Below are positions 24,473-35,544 of a stretch of DNA of 64,000 bases, in pieces. Each line of letters begins with the position of its first letter. Position 1 is the first letter of the stretch. The notes under the pieces are model-generated. The model searched no databases and was not told the origin of the DNA. It was given only the letters and a program-made list of their open reading frames with translations. The position numbers and the translations under genes were made by a program. Source of the stretch: Mayamaea pseudoterrestris. Lineage: Eukaryota. The DNA lies in contig BROI01000016.1 of assembly GCA_027923505.1 (NCBI GenBank), positions 248,001-312,000 on the forward strand, written 5' to 3'.

Positions 24473-26239
24473 ATGGTGTTTTCCTCCACCTCCAAAACCG
24501 ACACTCTCAAGACGCGCAGCAACTCGCTCCTTCACTTGGCAACGACATCGTCACAGCAGTCTGTTCAGCTTCCGGTTACTTCACCCAATAGCAGCAACAG
24601 CAATAGCAGCAATGGCAATAGCAGCAGTCATACTCGATTACTAAATGGCAGCAGCATCACTGCTTCCAATCGCAGTCGCTTTCCAATCTACGGCATTCTC
24701 TGCATGTCAGTCTTGTCGCTGGTGTGGCTGCATCAAGACTCGCTCATGATTTTGGTTTCCGGAAGCTCCATGGCCAGTTTGACCGTTTCGCGGCAGCAGC
24801 AGTCGACGCAGTCATATTTGTCCATGCGGCAGCAGCAGCAGCAGCAGCAGCAAGACTTGCTTCCTGACTTGCAGTTTACACTGAAAGCGGCTCAACTACC
24901 TCATTCTGTCGCTGCCAAGATCAAGACTGTTTTCATCAACCAACCCCCGCGCATTTCCATAGATTCGCACATACTTCCACCGCACCGTCCCTTTTGCAGG
25001 CGCAGTCAAGTCATTGACGGCGAGTGGTCGCCCGTCTTGCTGAACAAGCCGCCCTACGTGACAACAACGACGCACTTGCGCTGCTACCCCAGTCAGTACT
25101 ACGGACAAGTGCCGTTTCCGTCGTACGAGTGGACCGTCTCCAGTCAGGCGGAGCATGGCAGCGCCGAAAGTGTCCGCGCCGACCACGTGTACGACAACAC
25201 CGACGACGTCGACGACTGCCTCTGGAGTCCGTGGTCCAAGACGGACTTTTGTCAAGCCACGGCGAATCAACACTTGCTGATCGTCGGCGACTCGCTGTCG
25301 TGGGAGCACTACGCGTCGCTGGTGCAGCTCCTGGGCGAATCGGTCCATCAAGGCTTTCAGCACCAGTCCAAAGCCTACGGCGTGCCCGTCGGACAAGCCG
25401 TATGCAACGGCAACACGAAAGTTTGGTATCTGCGCGACGACAAACTGGACATGTTGCCGCGTTTGTTGGACGAATTTGTGCCGCACCAAATCATTGCCAA
25501 TCGCGGCGCGCACTATGTCAACGACACGATGCTCATGGGAGCCTTGCGTGAAGACGTCTTTCCCGCCATTAAAAAGTGGCAGAAAACGTGTCGCGCGGAA
25601 TATGGCGGAGGCAGCTCCGTTTGTTCATTCGCCTGGCGCACGTCCGTGCCGGGCCACCCCGACTGCAGCGACGGCAAGCAGTCGCTCTACACCAAACCGA
25701 ACAATCACTTGGCGGAGGTGGAAAGCATGATTCGAAGGCTCAAGAATTACGATAATCATACCATCAACTATCACTGGTACGACTACCAGCATCAGAATGA
25801 ACTCGTGTTGGAATTGTTACAGGAAATGTTTGGCGACGGCGACGGAAGCAACGGCGGCGACCGTGTGCACGACGATTTGGACAATTACATGGTCCTCGAC
25901 GCCTACTACTTGAACGTGCGACGACCCGACGAGCATCGGGCGCACCAAGGCGACTGCCTGCACAATTGCTATCCCGGCAAAATGGACGTTTACTCAAGGC
26001 TGCACCTGCACTACTTGCTGGCCAAGCAGGAGCAAGCTAAACGAGAAACTACAACGTGGAGTAGCAGCAGCAAGAATACACGAGTCATTGTCAGCAAGAA
26101 TGCTACTTGGTGGGGACCAACTAGCGTGAGCACCGAATATGACAAGCAGGGCTGGATGAACATTATCTATGGCGACAAGAAGAAGAAAAATGGAGACGAC
26201 CTTGCACAGGAGACGGCCATGGCACTGGAGGCTCTTTGA
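24473..26239 (+). CDS. PC-esterase / trichome-birefringence-like (SGNH-like) O-acyltransferase, type II membrane
   Basis: N-terminal TM (IYGILCMSVLSLVWL), LLIVGDSL (GDS motif), RRPDEH...DCLHNCYPG (DxxH motif). Confidence 0.8.
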   Translation: MVFSSTSKTDTLKTRSNSLLHLATTSSQQSVQLPVTSPNSSNSNSSNGNSSSHTRLLNGSSITASNRSRFPIYGILCMSVLSLVWLHQDSLMILVSGSSMASLTVSRQQQSTQSYLSMRQQQQQQQQDLLPDLQFTLKAAQLPHSVAAKIKTVFINQPPRISIDSHILPPHRPFCRRSQVIDGEWSPVLLNKPPYVTTTTHLRCYPSQYYGQVPFPSYEWTVSSQAEHGSAESVRADHVYDNTDDVDDCLWSPWSKTDFCQATANQHLLIVGDSLSWEHYASLVQLLGESVHQGFQHQSKAYGVPVGQAVCNGNTKVWYLRDDKLDMLPRLLDEFVPHQIIANRGAHYVNDTMLMGALREDVFPAIKKWQKTCRAEYGGGSSVCSFAWRTSVPGHPDCSDGKQSLYTKPNNHLAEVESMIRRLKNYDNHTINYHWYDYQHQNELVLELLQEMFGDGDGSNGGDRVHDDLDNYMVLDAYYLNVRRPDEHRAHQGDCLHNCYPGKMDVYSRLHLHYLLAKQEQAKRETTTWSSSSKNTRVIVSKNATWWGPTSVSTEYDKQGWMNIIYGDKKKKNGDDLAQETAMALEAL

Positions 26240-26930
26240 ATGCGGCAAGTCGTCTTGAGTTAAAGCGGCGGGCCATTAGTGCACATCGGCGACAAGTCGG
26301 TCAACAAGTTTTTAGGTACTGGTCGATTAACAATATTCTGATAGCATTGGTGGGCAAAGAATGGTATTTTTTTTAACTACTGATTCCATTCTTCCATAGC
26401 GACCATAGCAACCATAGCAACGCTAGCAACAGCACGAATATTACGCGCTCCATCCACCGTATGTAGAATAGACCTTTTCATCCACTCGAGCTCGCAAGCT
26501 TCACTATATGTATTCATGGCTTTGCATCAATTTCACCCTCTCCGCTTCAGGCAGATGCTGCAGTGGAAAGTTATGACGCCATTGCGGGGCGATACGGCTA
26601 AGAACGAGTACTCCGATTGCTAGAGGATTCGACTGTGCCTTTCGTAGTTAATTGGTTGAAGTGGAGCGTTTCTCCGTGAGCTCGTACTTGATGCTTCTAA
26701 AGGTTTTGCACTATGACACGACCTACTGGCGTGCAAGGCTATAATGAGATAGTCCGAAGGAAGCGCAAGGAATCTCCGTGTGTACTATTCGCTTCATAGC
26801 GCTGGAATTGCTGCCTCTTCGCGAAGCTTTCTCGGCGGAAATGTTGTGCCCAAATGACTGGGCAAAATTCTCGCTCAACTATTCCTATAGTAATTCCTCA
26901 TTATTTTCAAAAGCATCATTGCCAAACAAC

Positions 26931-27560
26931 ATGCATCAGCACCTTCACCTCATCCCCTCTCACCACAATGCTGACGGCTCTGCCGCGGCAGCTATCGAAT
27001 GGAGGAGCAGGCTGCTGGTCAAATCTGATCTGCCGCAATACCTCACTCACTTTGGAACCAAGCCTCAGGTAGCGCTGACTTCAATAGGCTGCTCCATCTT
27101 ACCCATGGACATACATCGCGTGCGTCCTTGTGATCCTGTCACAATGCTGGAGGCAAGACTTCAAGAGTTGATGCAACAGGAAGCCAATACCTCTTTCTTG
27201 CTCGAGCATATCAAGACAAACCCTCACCGCGCCACACTGCTTGCGTCCTTATTTCCTTCATTGCCACCAGGTGACATCACATGCAAGAAATATCGAACAG
27301 AGTCTGTCAGTGTCGCTAGGGAACAGAGCTTGCCTCAAGTTTCACCCGCGAATGTGCCCAAAATCAAGGTTTCAGCCAAAAAGCGCCAGCAGGTGGCAAA
27401 GCACTCTTCGTGCCCACGCCCATTCCTTGCACAAGGCAAGCCAAATCGCATGCTTCCAAAGTCATTCACATCGTTTCGGCAAACGTGGAAGCTACTGGAA
27501 GGCTCCGAGCATCGGCGAGAACTGTTTGCTCGTTTCATTACCATGCCCCGACACAAGTAA
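26931..27560 (+). CDS. Hypothetical protein (start uncertain)
   Basis: Open frame 26778..27560; basic C-terminal segment SFRQTWKLL..RRELFARF. Confidence 0.5.
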   Translation: MHQHLHLIPSHHNADGSAAAAIEWRSRLLVKSDLPQYLTHFGTKPQVALTSIGCSILPMDIHRVRPCDPVTMLEARLQELMQQEANTSFLLEHIKTNPHRATLLASLFPSLPPGDITCKKYRTESVSVAREQSLPQVSPANVPKIKVSAKKRQQVAKHSSCPRPFLAQGKPNRMLPKSFTSFRQTWKLLEGSEHRRELFARFITMPRHK

Positions 27561-28369
27561 GCTCTTGACCTACTAGGCGTCGATTTCATGTTTCCATTAA
27601 CAATATAAAATTTTGTTTCATCTAATTCTAATCTACTAGTCAATTGTTGTTTGCCAGGTTTTGAAGTGCATCCTATTTCAGCCTTATACCGCATCTTGTC
27701 CAAGGTGGCAAGACACATGGACTCGCCGACTCGCCTAATGCTGGAGCCGAGTTCGTCCTCCTATGACGGGCCCGGCAGCATCTGCGACGAAGCCCTGACA
27801 AGTAGGTGAAAATGGAGAGGCACCTATCCGCGGCTGCGGTCAATGACGCATGACGTTGGCGCCTACCTTTTGACAACGGATGAATGTACGAGGGACTGGC
27901 CACTGGCCAATTAAGTTGAACGCTGCCACAGGCTGACGAAAGTGACACTGCGCGTTTCAAAGGTACGAGTTTCTCGTTCTCGCGACAATATTCCAGTACG
28001 ACAACGTCTAATTATACGCATTAAAGTGATAGCATTCAACTACTTTTGGATCTGTCAAAACTATGGCAAATTTGCTTGTCGAACAACGAATCAGCGATTC
28101 GCTTTTTCATTACCGCTACGACAATTTGCCACGGAACTTGTGGTATTCGGATTGCCGCCTTGCGCGCGCTTGACACACTTTTAAAGTATCCTACATTCAC
28201 ATTAGCGAAAGATTGGTGCGTTGGGCGCCGAAACTGCGAGCGTCACCAAGCGCGCGCGCAATAGTGTCTGGTGAGTGCACCAAGAAAACAAAAAGACTGC
28301 AGCGTCCGATTCTTGAAAGCGTTCGTTGCTTGCGGTACATTTAATAGTGATTGTATTGTTATTGCAGCA

Positions 28370-31300
28370 ATGAACTATTCACGCAACGACGACAATGACG
28401 ACTACGAGGATTTTAGTGGCGACGACAAGTCGACTGCTGCAGATGCAGCATCGGTCCATTCCATGACGACTCGCAGCGATCAAGTCGCCCTTCGCAGCAG
28501 TCACCATGACACCGAGTCGGTCGCATCCTCTACATCTATAGTGAATCAATCGCACGAAACGCACGCGACGCATGACACGTACTCGACCGTCGACAGCAGT
28601 GGCGCGCATCAATCCGCCAGCCCCGAACTAGCAACCCAAGTGCGCAACCTCAATCACTTGTTGAGTCAGTCGACGCCGACTAAAATTTTGGGAAACTTGG
28701 CCGACACGTCGCAACTGCGTGACGACGACGACGACGCATTGGCGGAGGAGCTGCTGGATTTGCGCGCAAGTCAGGCGCTGCTCGCCGCGGAACTGCAGAA
28801 AGCGCGCGTAGCTGCGCCGGATGAGGAAGCTTTTGCGACGACGCAACAAGAATCAATACAAGAAGAATTCAGCAATTATCAAAAAGAATCATTCTTGCCC
28901 TTGTCTGTTCTAAATGCGTCTGCGGATAAAAAATTTCGAAAGCGGCCGCAGCAAGAAACAGATTCTCCGTTGCAGCCGCAGCACTACGCGACGCCGCTGC
29001 AGCATTTCGCAGACTGGAACGACATTTCCGAACGCGACGACGAAGATCATTCGGAGATAGAGCAATTTACAGACGAAATATACTTTGAATCCATGCAGTC
29101 GCCGGAGATGGAGCAGCAGCAGCAGTCGTTTGCAAATACAAGTGCAATGAGGAAGAATCAAGCCGATGAATATGTACATGACGAAAACCAAGTCACAGAC
29201 TACGACACGCCATCGCCCGAAACTAGTGACAGCGCCATGGATTTACTGCAGACGCTCGTGGCGAGTCCATTGCAAGCCAAAGAACTGTATCGTGCGGAAG
29301 ACGAGCATGATGAAAGTAGTAGCAGCAATCAGCAGTGGGTGACGCAGCCGCAGCAAGTGTATCGTCGACATGATGACGACAATGACGACGATAATAACAA
29401 TGCCGCTGTCGCGTCGGTTTTACTCGCCCTTCTCAAAGCAAAAACAGCAGCAGCAGAGTCACCCATGCGACCAGTGACTCCGCAGATGCAAGACGACGAA
29501 GAACCCTTGACGTTGCAGCGACTCGATGACTCCAACGATGCATTTTTGCAGCAATCCGCAAGCTTACAAGCAGCCAGTCTTTTGAGAACGAATGACTTGG
29601 CGAAAGCGGAATCACTGCACTCAAATGTCGCGGATATTGATACAGATGCTGAGACTGCTGAAGTAGATGCAGCAGCTTCTTTGGAATCATCTTCTGCCTC
29701 TCCAGCACTGACATTTAGTCGCCAACGCCGACGCCAACCACCCATACAGACGGCGGCGCTCAAGCCGTGGCGTTCCATGACGCCGGCAAAGAGGCGGGAG
29801 CGTCGGGGAAGTAGTTTTACGGAAGGTGATGCAACAAATACTGTTACTGAGCAAGATGCTCATCCGCCGCCCAAAGTGGCAAGGACGATTGCTGCCGTCA
29901 CGCCGGATGCTAGTGATAACGTGGCAAACGACGAACCTAGTGTAGATGCAGTCGCTGCTCGTCTTGTTGACAATCAACAATTTGATCAAGCCGGCGAGCG
30001 CAAGGTGATAAAGGAATCTGCTCGTGGCTTGGCAGACGTCATACCGAGTCCAGATGCAATCGTTGCTCCTCTTGTTGTCAATCAACAATTTGATCAAGCC
30101 GACGAATCTCTTTTGGTGAAGGGACCAACACTTTGGCGGCCACGAAGCAACAGCAGCAGTAACCCCGACTCGCCAGGCAGTCAAAAGCCAGGTCCACTTG
30201 CCGCCATGGTCCGGGCGCCCTCGCGCGACTCTTCCTCCAGATCAAATGCCAATTTGACCGAACCAATCATTGCGAAAGAAGTGTCAAAAGACATGCCGAT
30301 TGCTATTAGTAATAGTAAGCTTTCTGGAGGAAGCCTTGCCGTTGGATCATTGACGCCACGTCGAACCGATAACGCGCGACAATTGGTCGCAGATACGCCG
30401 CAGCGACTTGTCGCTCCGCCTTCATCGCCGTCCAGCAAAAATTCGCCAGGTAGTACAGTCATGGGTGCGAGCCTTGCCAAAGGCTCATACAACGATCGTC
30501 AAAGCGCATGGCCGCTCATGTCGTCACGTTCCTTGCCGACGGTTTACGTCAATGACGCTGCACACCGTGCTTCTGGAAAGGAGCCGTTGTCGCCTCCTCG
30601 GATTGCTCGCATTGGATCGGGTTCCGGCAGCACACCAAGGCAACATGATGCTTTCGAAACGAAGCAACCTGATCGAGTGCAGACAACACAACGATTGACG
30701 GATGCGAATGATCAGTTGCCTGATGTGGCCGATACTACAGGAAGTGAAAGGAGCGACACGCTAAACACGATTGCTCCGGCAAAGGCAATGACAAGGCCTG
30801 GCTTGAGCATTAAAATTCCCAGTGCCGATGTACTTCCGCGACGACGCTCCTACAATGATTTGGAAACGAGCCGGCACTCCTTGTCATCCACAACACCGCT
30901 TGGCGCTGACGACACGCCCGATCCACCGACGTTGAGGAGATACTCGCATTCGGACCAGTCTCATGCCACCGACAAGATGATTCTCGATCCACTTCCGTCG
31001 CTTCCAGAGCAGGTGTCAAACTTGGCGTCTCCAGCCATGACGGATGTGTCGTCGGATTTCGATGCAATGTGGGATACACTGAGCATGAATGAACCCAAGT
31101 CGGTGGATATGGACTTGCCACCAGCAACACCGGTGGACGAGGTTTTCACCGACAAAAGGACCGGCTTTGCCAATAGCGATACACCAGCAACAGGCTCGTC
31201 ACGATTCGCGAACAAAGGGTCGACGAAAGCAATACATCCAATTTTATTTCAATCAAAGGTTTCAAGCCACGGCGATGAAGCGATAACCGATGAAGAGTCT

Positions 31301-33082
31301 CAGCTTGCTGCAGTGAAAAAGGCACAACCGCCACGAGCGAGCAACAATAGTCGAAAGTACTGTTTACTGGTGCTTGCTTTCTTCATTATTGCTGCTTTGA
31401 TTTGGATTCCGGTTCTGATTTGGTCTCAAAAGGCTCGCTCGAAGGACGCATCCAACGTAATAGTTGCTCCGACGACTGCTCCTTCCATTATTGCATTAGT
31501 GCCCACTCGAGTCGTACCACTGTCCGATGGACCAACTCAAGTTCCAGCAAGACCATCGGGTGGTGGACGCGATACTTTGCTACCTTCGAGGACGTTTGTA
31601 CCATCGCTTGTCCCTACATTAGCGCCGTCGGATGTTCCTAGCCTCGCTGCCTTGTCATCTACGCCGTCATTGTCGCCAACTGCGGCCTACTCATCGAATG
31701 CACCGACAAACCAACCAAGCGTGTCTCCTGCACCCGTTGCGATAGTAGTTCCAACCGTATCACCGATAACTGGTTCGCCGACGGTTGTGATTGCAGGTCT
31801 GTTTGGTCTACTCGCTTCACGATCGCTTGATGGAGGAGCTGCGCTACGCAACGAGTCAAGTCCACAATATGAAGCATATCGGTGGCTATCCGGTAACGAC
31901 AATGTCAATACGTATTCTGAAGATCGCCTCTTGCAGCGGTATAGTCTGGCCACACTCTATTACAGTACCGATGGGCCGAATTGGACTCAGGTCGACAGCT
32001 GGCTTTCGAACAGCAATGAATGCTCCTGGTTTGTTCAAACCACCACGCCATGTGGACCAGCAAATGACTTAACAAAATTGGAACTGTACTACAATGATTT
32101 GGGTGGTCAGCTTCCTCTAGAGATTGCCTTGTTGTCGAATCTCGTCAAGATTGACTTATCTGGAGGACCAAGTCGCTCACTTTCCGGCACGATACCGCCA
32201 TCACTGGGTGCCTTGACGCTGCTCAAGGAATTGAAACTTCAAAACAATGACTTGGCTGGACCATTGCCGACGGAGCTTGGCGAGCTCACTGAGCTGATTG
32301 CGCTCGACCTTTCCTACAACCGTTTGTCTGGCACCATCATGACGGAGCTTGGCAACCTGAAGCGATTGGAGAAGCTGCGTCTATCAGCCAATGGCCTCAC
32401 TGGATCAATTCCTGTAGAACTTCAATACAACCAGTTCCTCTTAACCTTGATGCTGGATAACAACATGCTCACCGGAGGAATCGATCCGTTCATTGGACAA
32501 TTGACGAACCTCCAAACAATTGTTTTGGAAAACAACAAGCTCTCATCGACGCTTCCATCGACCGTTGGCAACCTACTCGACCTCATGGTACTTTCACTGG
32601 CAGACAATTCCATGTCAGGGTCGCTGCCCGATACGCTCGGTAAACTTACGAATCTTATTCGCCTTTCGCTCGCCAACAATGCGTTCAGTGGCCGACTGCC
32701 CAATAGTTTATCATACCTTCAAAAGCTGACGGAGGAGCTGGACTTGTCGTTCAATTCCTTCACCGGTACCATTCCATTACATCTTGGCGACATTGATGGC
32801 AACTTGCGCGTGCTAAAGCTTGATCACAATCAACTTTCTGGAATTATTCCCGCATCCTTTACCAAGTTTATTCGACTCAACTTGCTAAATCTTCAAACCA
32901 ATAACTTGACTGGCAGCATGCCAACTGGCGTCTGCAGCTTGTTCAACCAGACACTACCCAGCATTTTCGTCGACTGCGACGAAGTAGATTGTCCCTGCTG
33001 CAACTACTGCTGCACGGACGGTGCGCTGGATTGTCAGTGTCGCTACGAAGGAACGCCAAAGGAATGGATGTGCTACTTCTAA
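28370..33082 (+). CDS. Single-pass membrane LRR receptor-like protein (diatom-type)
   Basis: Long disordered N-terminus, TM (LLVLAFFIIAALIWIPVLIW), PT-rich stalk, SPQYEAYRWL..LLQRYSLATLYYST..W..ECSW cap, plant-type LxxLxLxxNxLxGxIP repeats, C-terminal DC..CPCC..CC. Confidence 0.9.
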   Translation: MNYSRNDDNDDYEDFSGDDKSTAADAASVHSMTTRSDQVALRSSHHDTESVASSTSIVNQSHETHATHDTYSTVDSSGAHQSASPELATQVRNLNHLLSQSTPTKILGNLADTSQLRDDDDDALAEELLDLRASQALLAAELQKARVAAPDEEAFATTQQESIQEEFSNYQKESFLPLSVLNASADKKFRKRPQQETDSPLQPQHYATPLQHFADWNDISERDDEDHSEIEQFTDEIYFESMQSPEMEQQQQSFANTSAMRKNQADEYVHDENQVTDYDTPSPETSDSAMDLLQTLVASPLQAKELYRAEDEHDESSSSNQQWVTQPQQVYRRHDDDNDDDNNNAAVASVLLALLKAKTAAAESPMRPVTPQMQDDEEPLTLQRLDDSNDAFLQQSASLQAASLLRTNDLAKAESLHSNVADIDTDAETAEVDAAASLESSSASPALTFSRQRRRQPPIQTAALKPWRSMTPAKRRERRGSSFTEGDATNTVTEQDAHPPPKVARTIAAVTPDASDNVANDEPSVDAVAARLVDNQQFDQAGERKVIKESARGLADVIPSPDAIVAPLVVNQQFDQADESLLVKGPTLWRPRSNSSSNPDSPGSQKPGPLAAMVRAPSRDSSSRSNANLTEPIIAKEVSKDMPIAISNSKLSGGSLAVGSLTPRRTDNARQLVADTPQRLVAPPSSPSSKNSPGSTVMGASLAKGSYNDRQSAWPLMSSRSLPTVYVNDAAHRASGKEPLSPPRIARIGSGSGSTPRQHDAFETKQPDRVQTTQRLTDANDQLPDVADTTGSERSDTLNTIAPAKAMTRPGLSIKIPSADVLPRRRSYNDLETSRHSLSSTTPLGADDTPDPPTLRRYSHSDQSHATDKMILDPLPSLPEQVSNLASPAMTDVSSDFDAMWDTLSMNEPKSVDMDLPPATPVDEVFTDKRTGFANSDTPATGSSRFANKGSTKAIHPILFQSKVSSHGDEAITDEESQLAAVKKAQPPRASNNSRKYCLLVLAFFIIAALIWIPVLIWSQKARSKDASNVIVAPTTAPSIIALVPTRVVPLSDGPTQVPARPSGGGRDTLLPSRTFVPSLVPTLAPSDVPSLAALSSTPSLSPTAAYSSNAPTNQPSVSPAPVAIVVPTVSPITGSPTVVIAGLFGLLASRSLDGGAALRNESSPQYEAYRWLSGNDNVNTYSEDRLLQRYSLATLYYSTDGPNWTQVDSWLSNSNECSWFVQTTTPCGPANDLTKLELYYNDLGGQLPLEIALLSNLVKIDLSGGPSRSLSGTIPPSLGALTLLKELKLQNNDLAGPLPTELGELTELIALDLSYNRLSGTIMTELGNLKRLEKLRLSANGLTGSIPVELQYNQFLLTLMLDNNMLTGGIDPFIGQLTNLQTIVLENNKLSSTLPSTVGNLLDLMVLSLADNSMSGSLPDTLGKLTNLIRLSLANNAFSGRLPNSLSYLQKLTEELDLSFNSFTGTIPLHLGDIDGNLRVLKLDHNQLSGIIPASFTKFIRLNLLNLQTNNLTGSMPTGVCSLFNQTLPSIFVDCDEVDCPCCNYCCTDGALDCQCRYEGTPKEWMCYF

Positions 33083-33568
33083 GTGTAAAAGACTACGATT
33101 CATAACATATATACATAATTAATAAAATGGACACTAGCTGTCAATCACCAGGCATTAGTAAAGGTGTGTCACAACCGCGCTTGATACGCAGTAATAACTT
33201 ATTGCGTGAGTGATAGGTGGGCGATGGATAGCTACCGAAACCGATAGCCTAGCATCTACCGTCGCACCGGTTCAGATAGCCTTCGTTCCACGATTCCGCC
33301 TCCGATTCACAAAACGGCGCGACTTGGATCTTTCATCTTAGACTCATCGTCATACGTTCAACTCTATACTCCTCCTGCGACTACTAATATAATAGCAGCA
33401 GCACTGAAAGTCGCATAAAGCTAGATACCCACGGAAATCAGAGCAGCAATAGCAAGGAGCAAGGAGCAAGGATCTTCACGCTGCTGCTGCTGCTGCCCGC
33501 TGCTGCTGAAACTCGCTGCACCGCTGCAAGCTCGAGGAATTGCAGCGACAACAAGCATTGCAGACAGC

Positions 33569-35152
33569 ATGTCGTCAGACTATACTGTTTATTGGCAGCG
33601 TCATATGAGCCATGACGATTTTATATCTTTACTCGAGCGATGTTTCATAGAGGCAAGGACGATTCGCTTGTGCATTGACGAGGAACTATTGGAAGCTTAT
33701 ACGCAACTTACCAAATTACAAGCTTCGCAAGTACTTAAAGCTTTTCGAAAGACAGTAATTCACGTGGTAAACTTTACGAGTCCGCCGCCGAATGTGAGTC
33801 ACTTTTACGAGCTTTGCGAAACGCTTGGCTCAATCGCCAGCATCAAACATGTCATTATATCGTACTTGGCCGCGGAATACAATGAGAATGTTGACCAAGA
33901 GTACTTATGTATTGTTGCTCGATGCATGCGCCATTGTAAAAAGTTTGAGTTTTGCTATTATGCAGGTCGCAAATGGGACACGGGCGGCGAAGCCAGAGTC
34001 GCAGAACTATTTCACTACTTGTCAATCCACCCCAAGCTTAAGACGGTCAAGCTGTGTTTGGAGGGAATAAGAGTTGCATCAGCGCTGAAGTGTCTTGTTC
34101 GTCGCTTACATAATTCAAGAATGGAGGAACTCGTTCTCGAGGCGCACGACGAGGAATATCTCGTGGATCCCGACGTTGCCAGTGTCTTACTTACTTTACT
34201 CAACCGACGAATAAATTTACAGCTATCTGGCTTTTCTTTTGAGTCACAAGAAGGGTGGCAAATATTTTGTGCCGGTATTGCCTCGTCGACTGTCAAGAAG
34301 CTGTCCTTGTCAAGCTTTGAAATTCATTCGGACATGTTTGCTTCATCCTTGATTCAGTCGGGATTGCCCGACCTGGCAATCCGTTCTTGGCAATTTGACT
34401 TTGCCGAGCATCTGCCTACGTTTTACATCAACATGTCGCGTAGCCTCCCTTTAATGTCACTTGAGTCGCTTGATTTGGGTAGCCTTATTGACGAAGACGG
34501 GCACGAGATATTCCATATGGTGAATGAAGATGCCATGGACAATTTGGTTCCGGGGCTGTTTCGTGCAGCAGTCGATTGTCCTTCACTTGTGACTTTTAAC
34601 CTTCCACCTGCTATATACACGGCAGCAATGGATGAGGCATTGGCTCGCTGGGTGCGAATGAAGGACTCCAAGTTGCAAAACGTCACTGTCAATCGTATAG
34701 CTCCAGCGTTTTACCACCCGCCCACTTGCTCGCCTCTGCTACTGACCGCTTTGACCGAGACATGCGCTGTCAAAAATATTACCTGGAACACTATTGATGC
34801 CGACTATATCGAGGATTGGGCAAATACTCATTTCCGTGGTGTTGTCGAGGGTTACGGAGATGATGATTCTCTGTCAGAAGAGAATGATGGCGACTTGAAG
34901 AGTATAGAGACGGTTCTTTCTTTGAATCATGCTGGGCGCGGGTACATGGTAGTTGGCGCTGCGAACCGCGTCGCTTGTCTCAAGGTGTTGGAAAAGGTCA
35001 AGCACAATTTGGACTGCTTGTTCTTTCATTTGCGCGAAAACCCAACTTTGTGCGTCTCCAGCAACGTAGTGCCTACCAAGAAGCCTATCAAGAAGCGATC
35101 ACATTGGATTAGCGAAAAGGATCGGCCTCGCAAGCGGCAAAAAACACGTTAG
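33569..35152 (+). CDS. RNI-like LRR protein, diatom-expanded family
   Basis: 527-aa ORF; C-terminal LNHAGRGYM...LDCLFFHLRENPTLC shared with the paralog at 42736; basic NLS-like tail. Confidence 0.8.
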   Translation: MSSDYTVYWQRHMSHDDFISLLERCFIEARTIRLCIDEELLEAYTQLTKLQASQVLKAFRKTVIHVVNFTSPPPNVSHFYELCETLGSIASIKHVIISYLAAEYNENVDQEYLCIVARCMRHCKKFEFCYYAGRKWDTGGEARVAELFHYLSIHPKLKTVKLCLEGIRVASALKCLVRRLHNSRMEELVLEAHDEEYLVDPDVASVLLTLLNRRINLQLSGFSFESQEGWQIFCAGIASSTVKKLSLSSFEIHSDMFASSLIQSGLPDLAIRSWQFDFAEHLPTFYINMSRSLPLMSLESLDLGSLIDEDGHEIFHMVNEDAMDNLVPGLFRAAVDCPSLVTFNLPPAIYTAAMDEALARWVRMKDSKLQNVTVNRIAPAFYHPPTCSPLLLTALTETCAVKNITWNTIDADYIEDWANTHFRGVVEGYGDDDSLSEENDGDLKSIETVLSLNHAGRGYMVVGAANRVACLKVLEKVKHNLDCLFFHLRENPTLCVSSNVVPTKKPIKKRSHWISEKDRPRKRQKTR

Positions 35153-35544
35153 TAAGGTAACGCACTAAACAAGAGGCGTCGCTCACCTTGCAGTGTTGAG
35201 CTACTTTCCAAAGAGTCGCGAAAGCAGGAACTGCATAATTTACTAATAGGATTTCGAGTTGTAGTAGCTCATCAATCTTGTACTGTTGTTGCTTGGTTCA
35301 TTCGAAGCCAACAGTAGCATGGACTCGCAGTCAGCAAGTACTGTATTTGTAGTTAAGTTCCACACAGCATGAATGAAAAGTTGTCACAAAGATCGCAGCG
35401 TGACTTGCTGGACGCCGCCAAAAAAGATCGCGCATCAACATCATGGCTCGCAAGATCCGATCCTTCCGCATACATGCAGCTTCTATTCGGCCTCTTAGAT
35501 AATCCAGGAGCAAAACCAAAATCATGATCAATTCTTGCTCCTCA

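Noticed and set aside
23681..24535. Overlapping minus-strand ORFs
   Set aside because: No motifs, non-ATG starts in most cases, and promoter/UTR-like low complexity.
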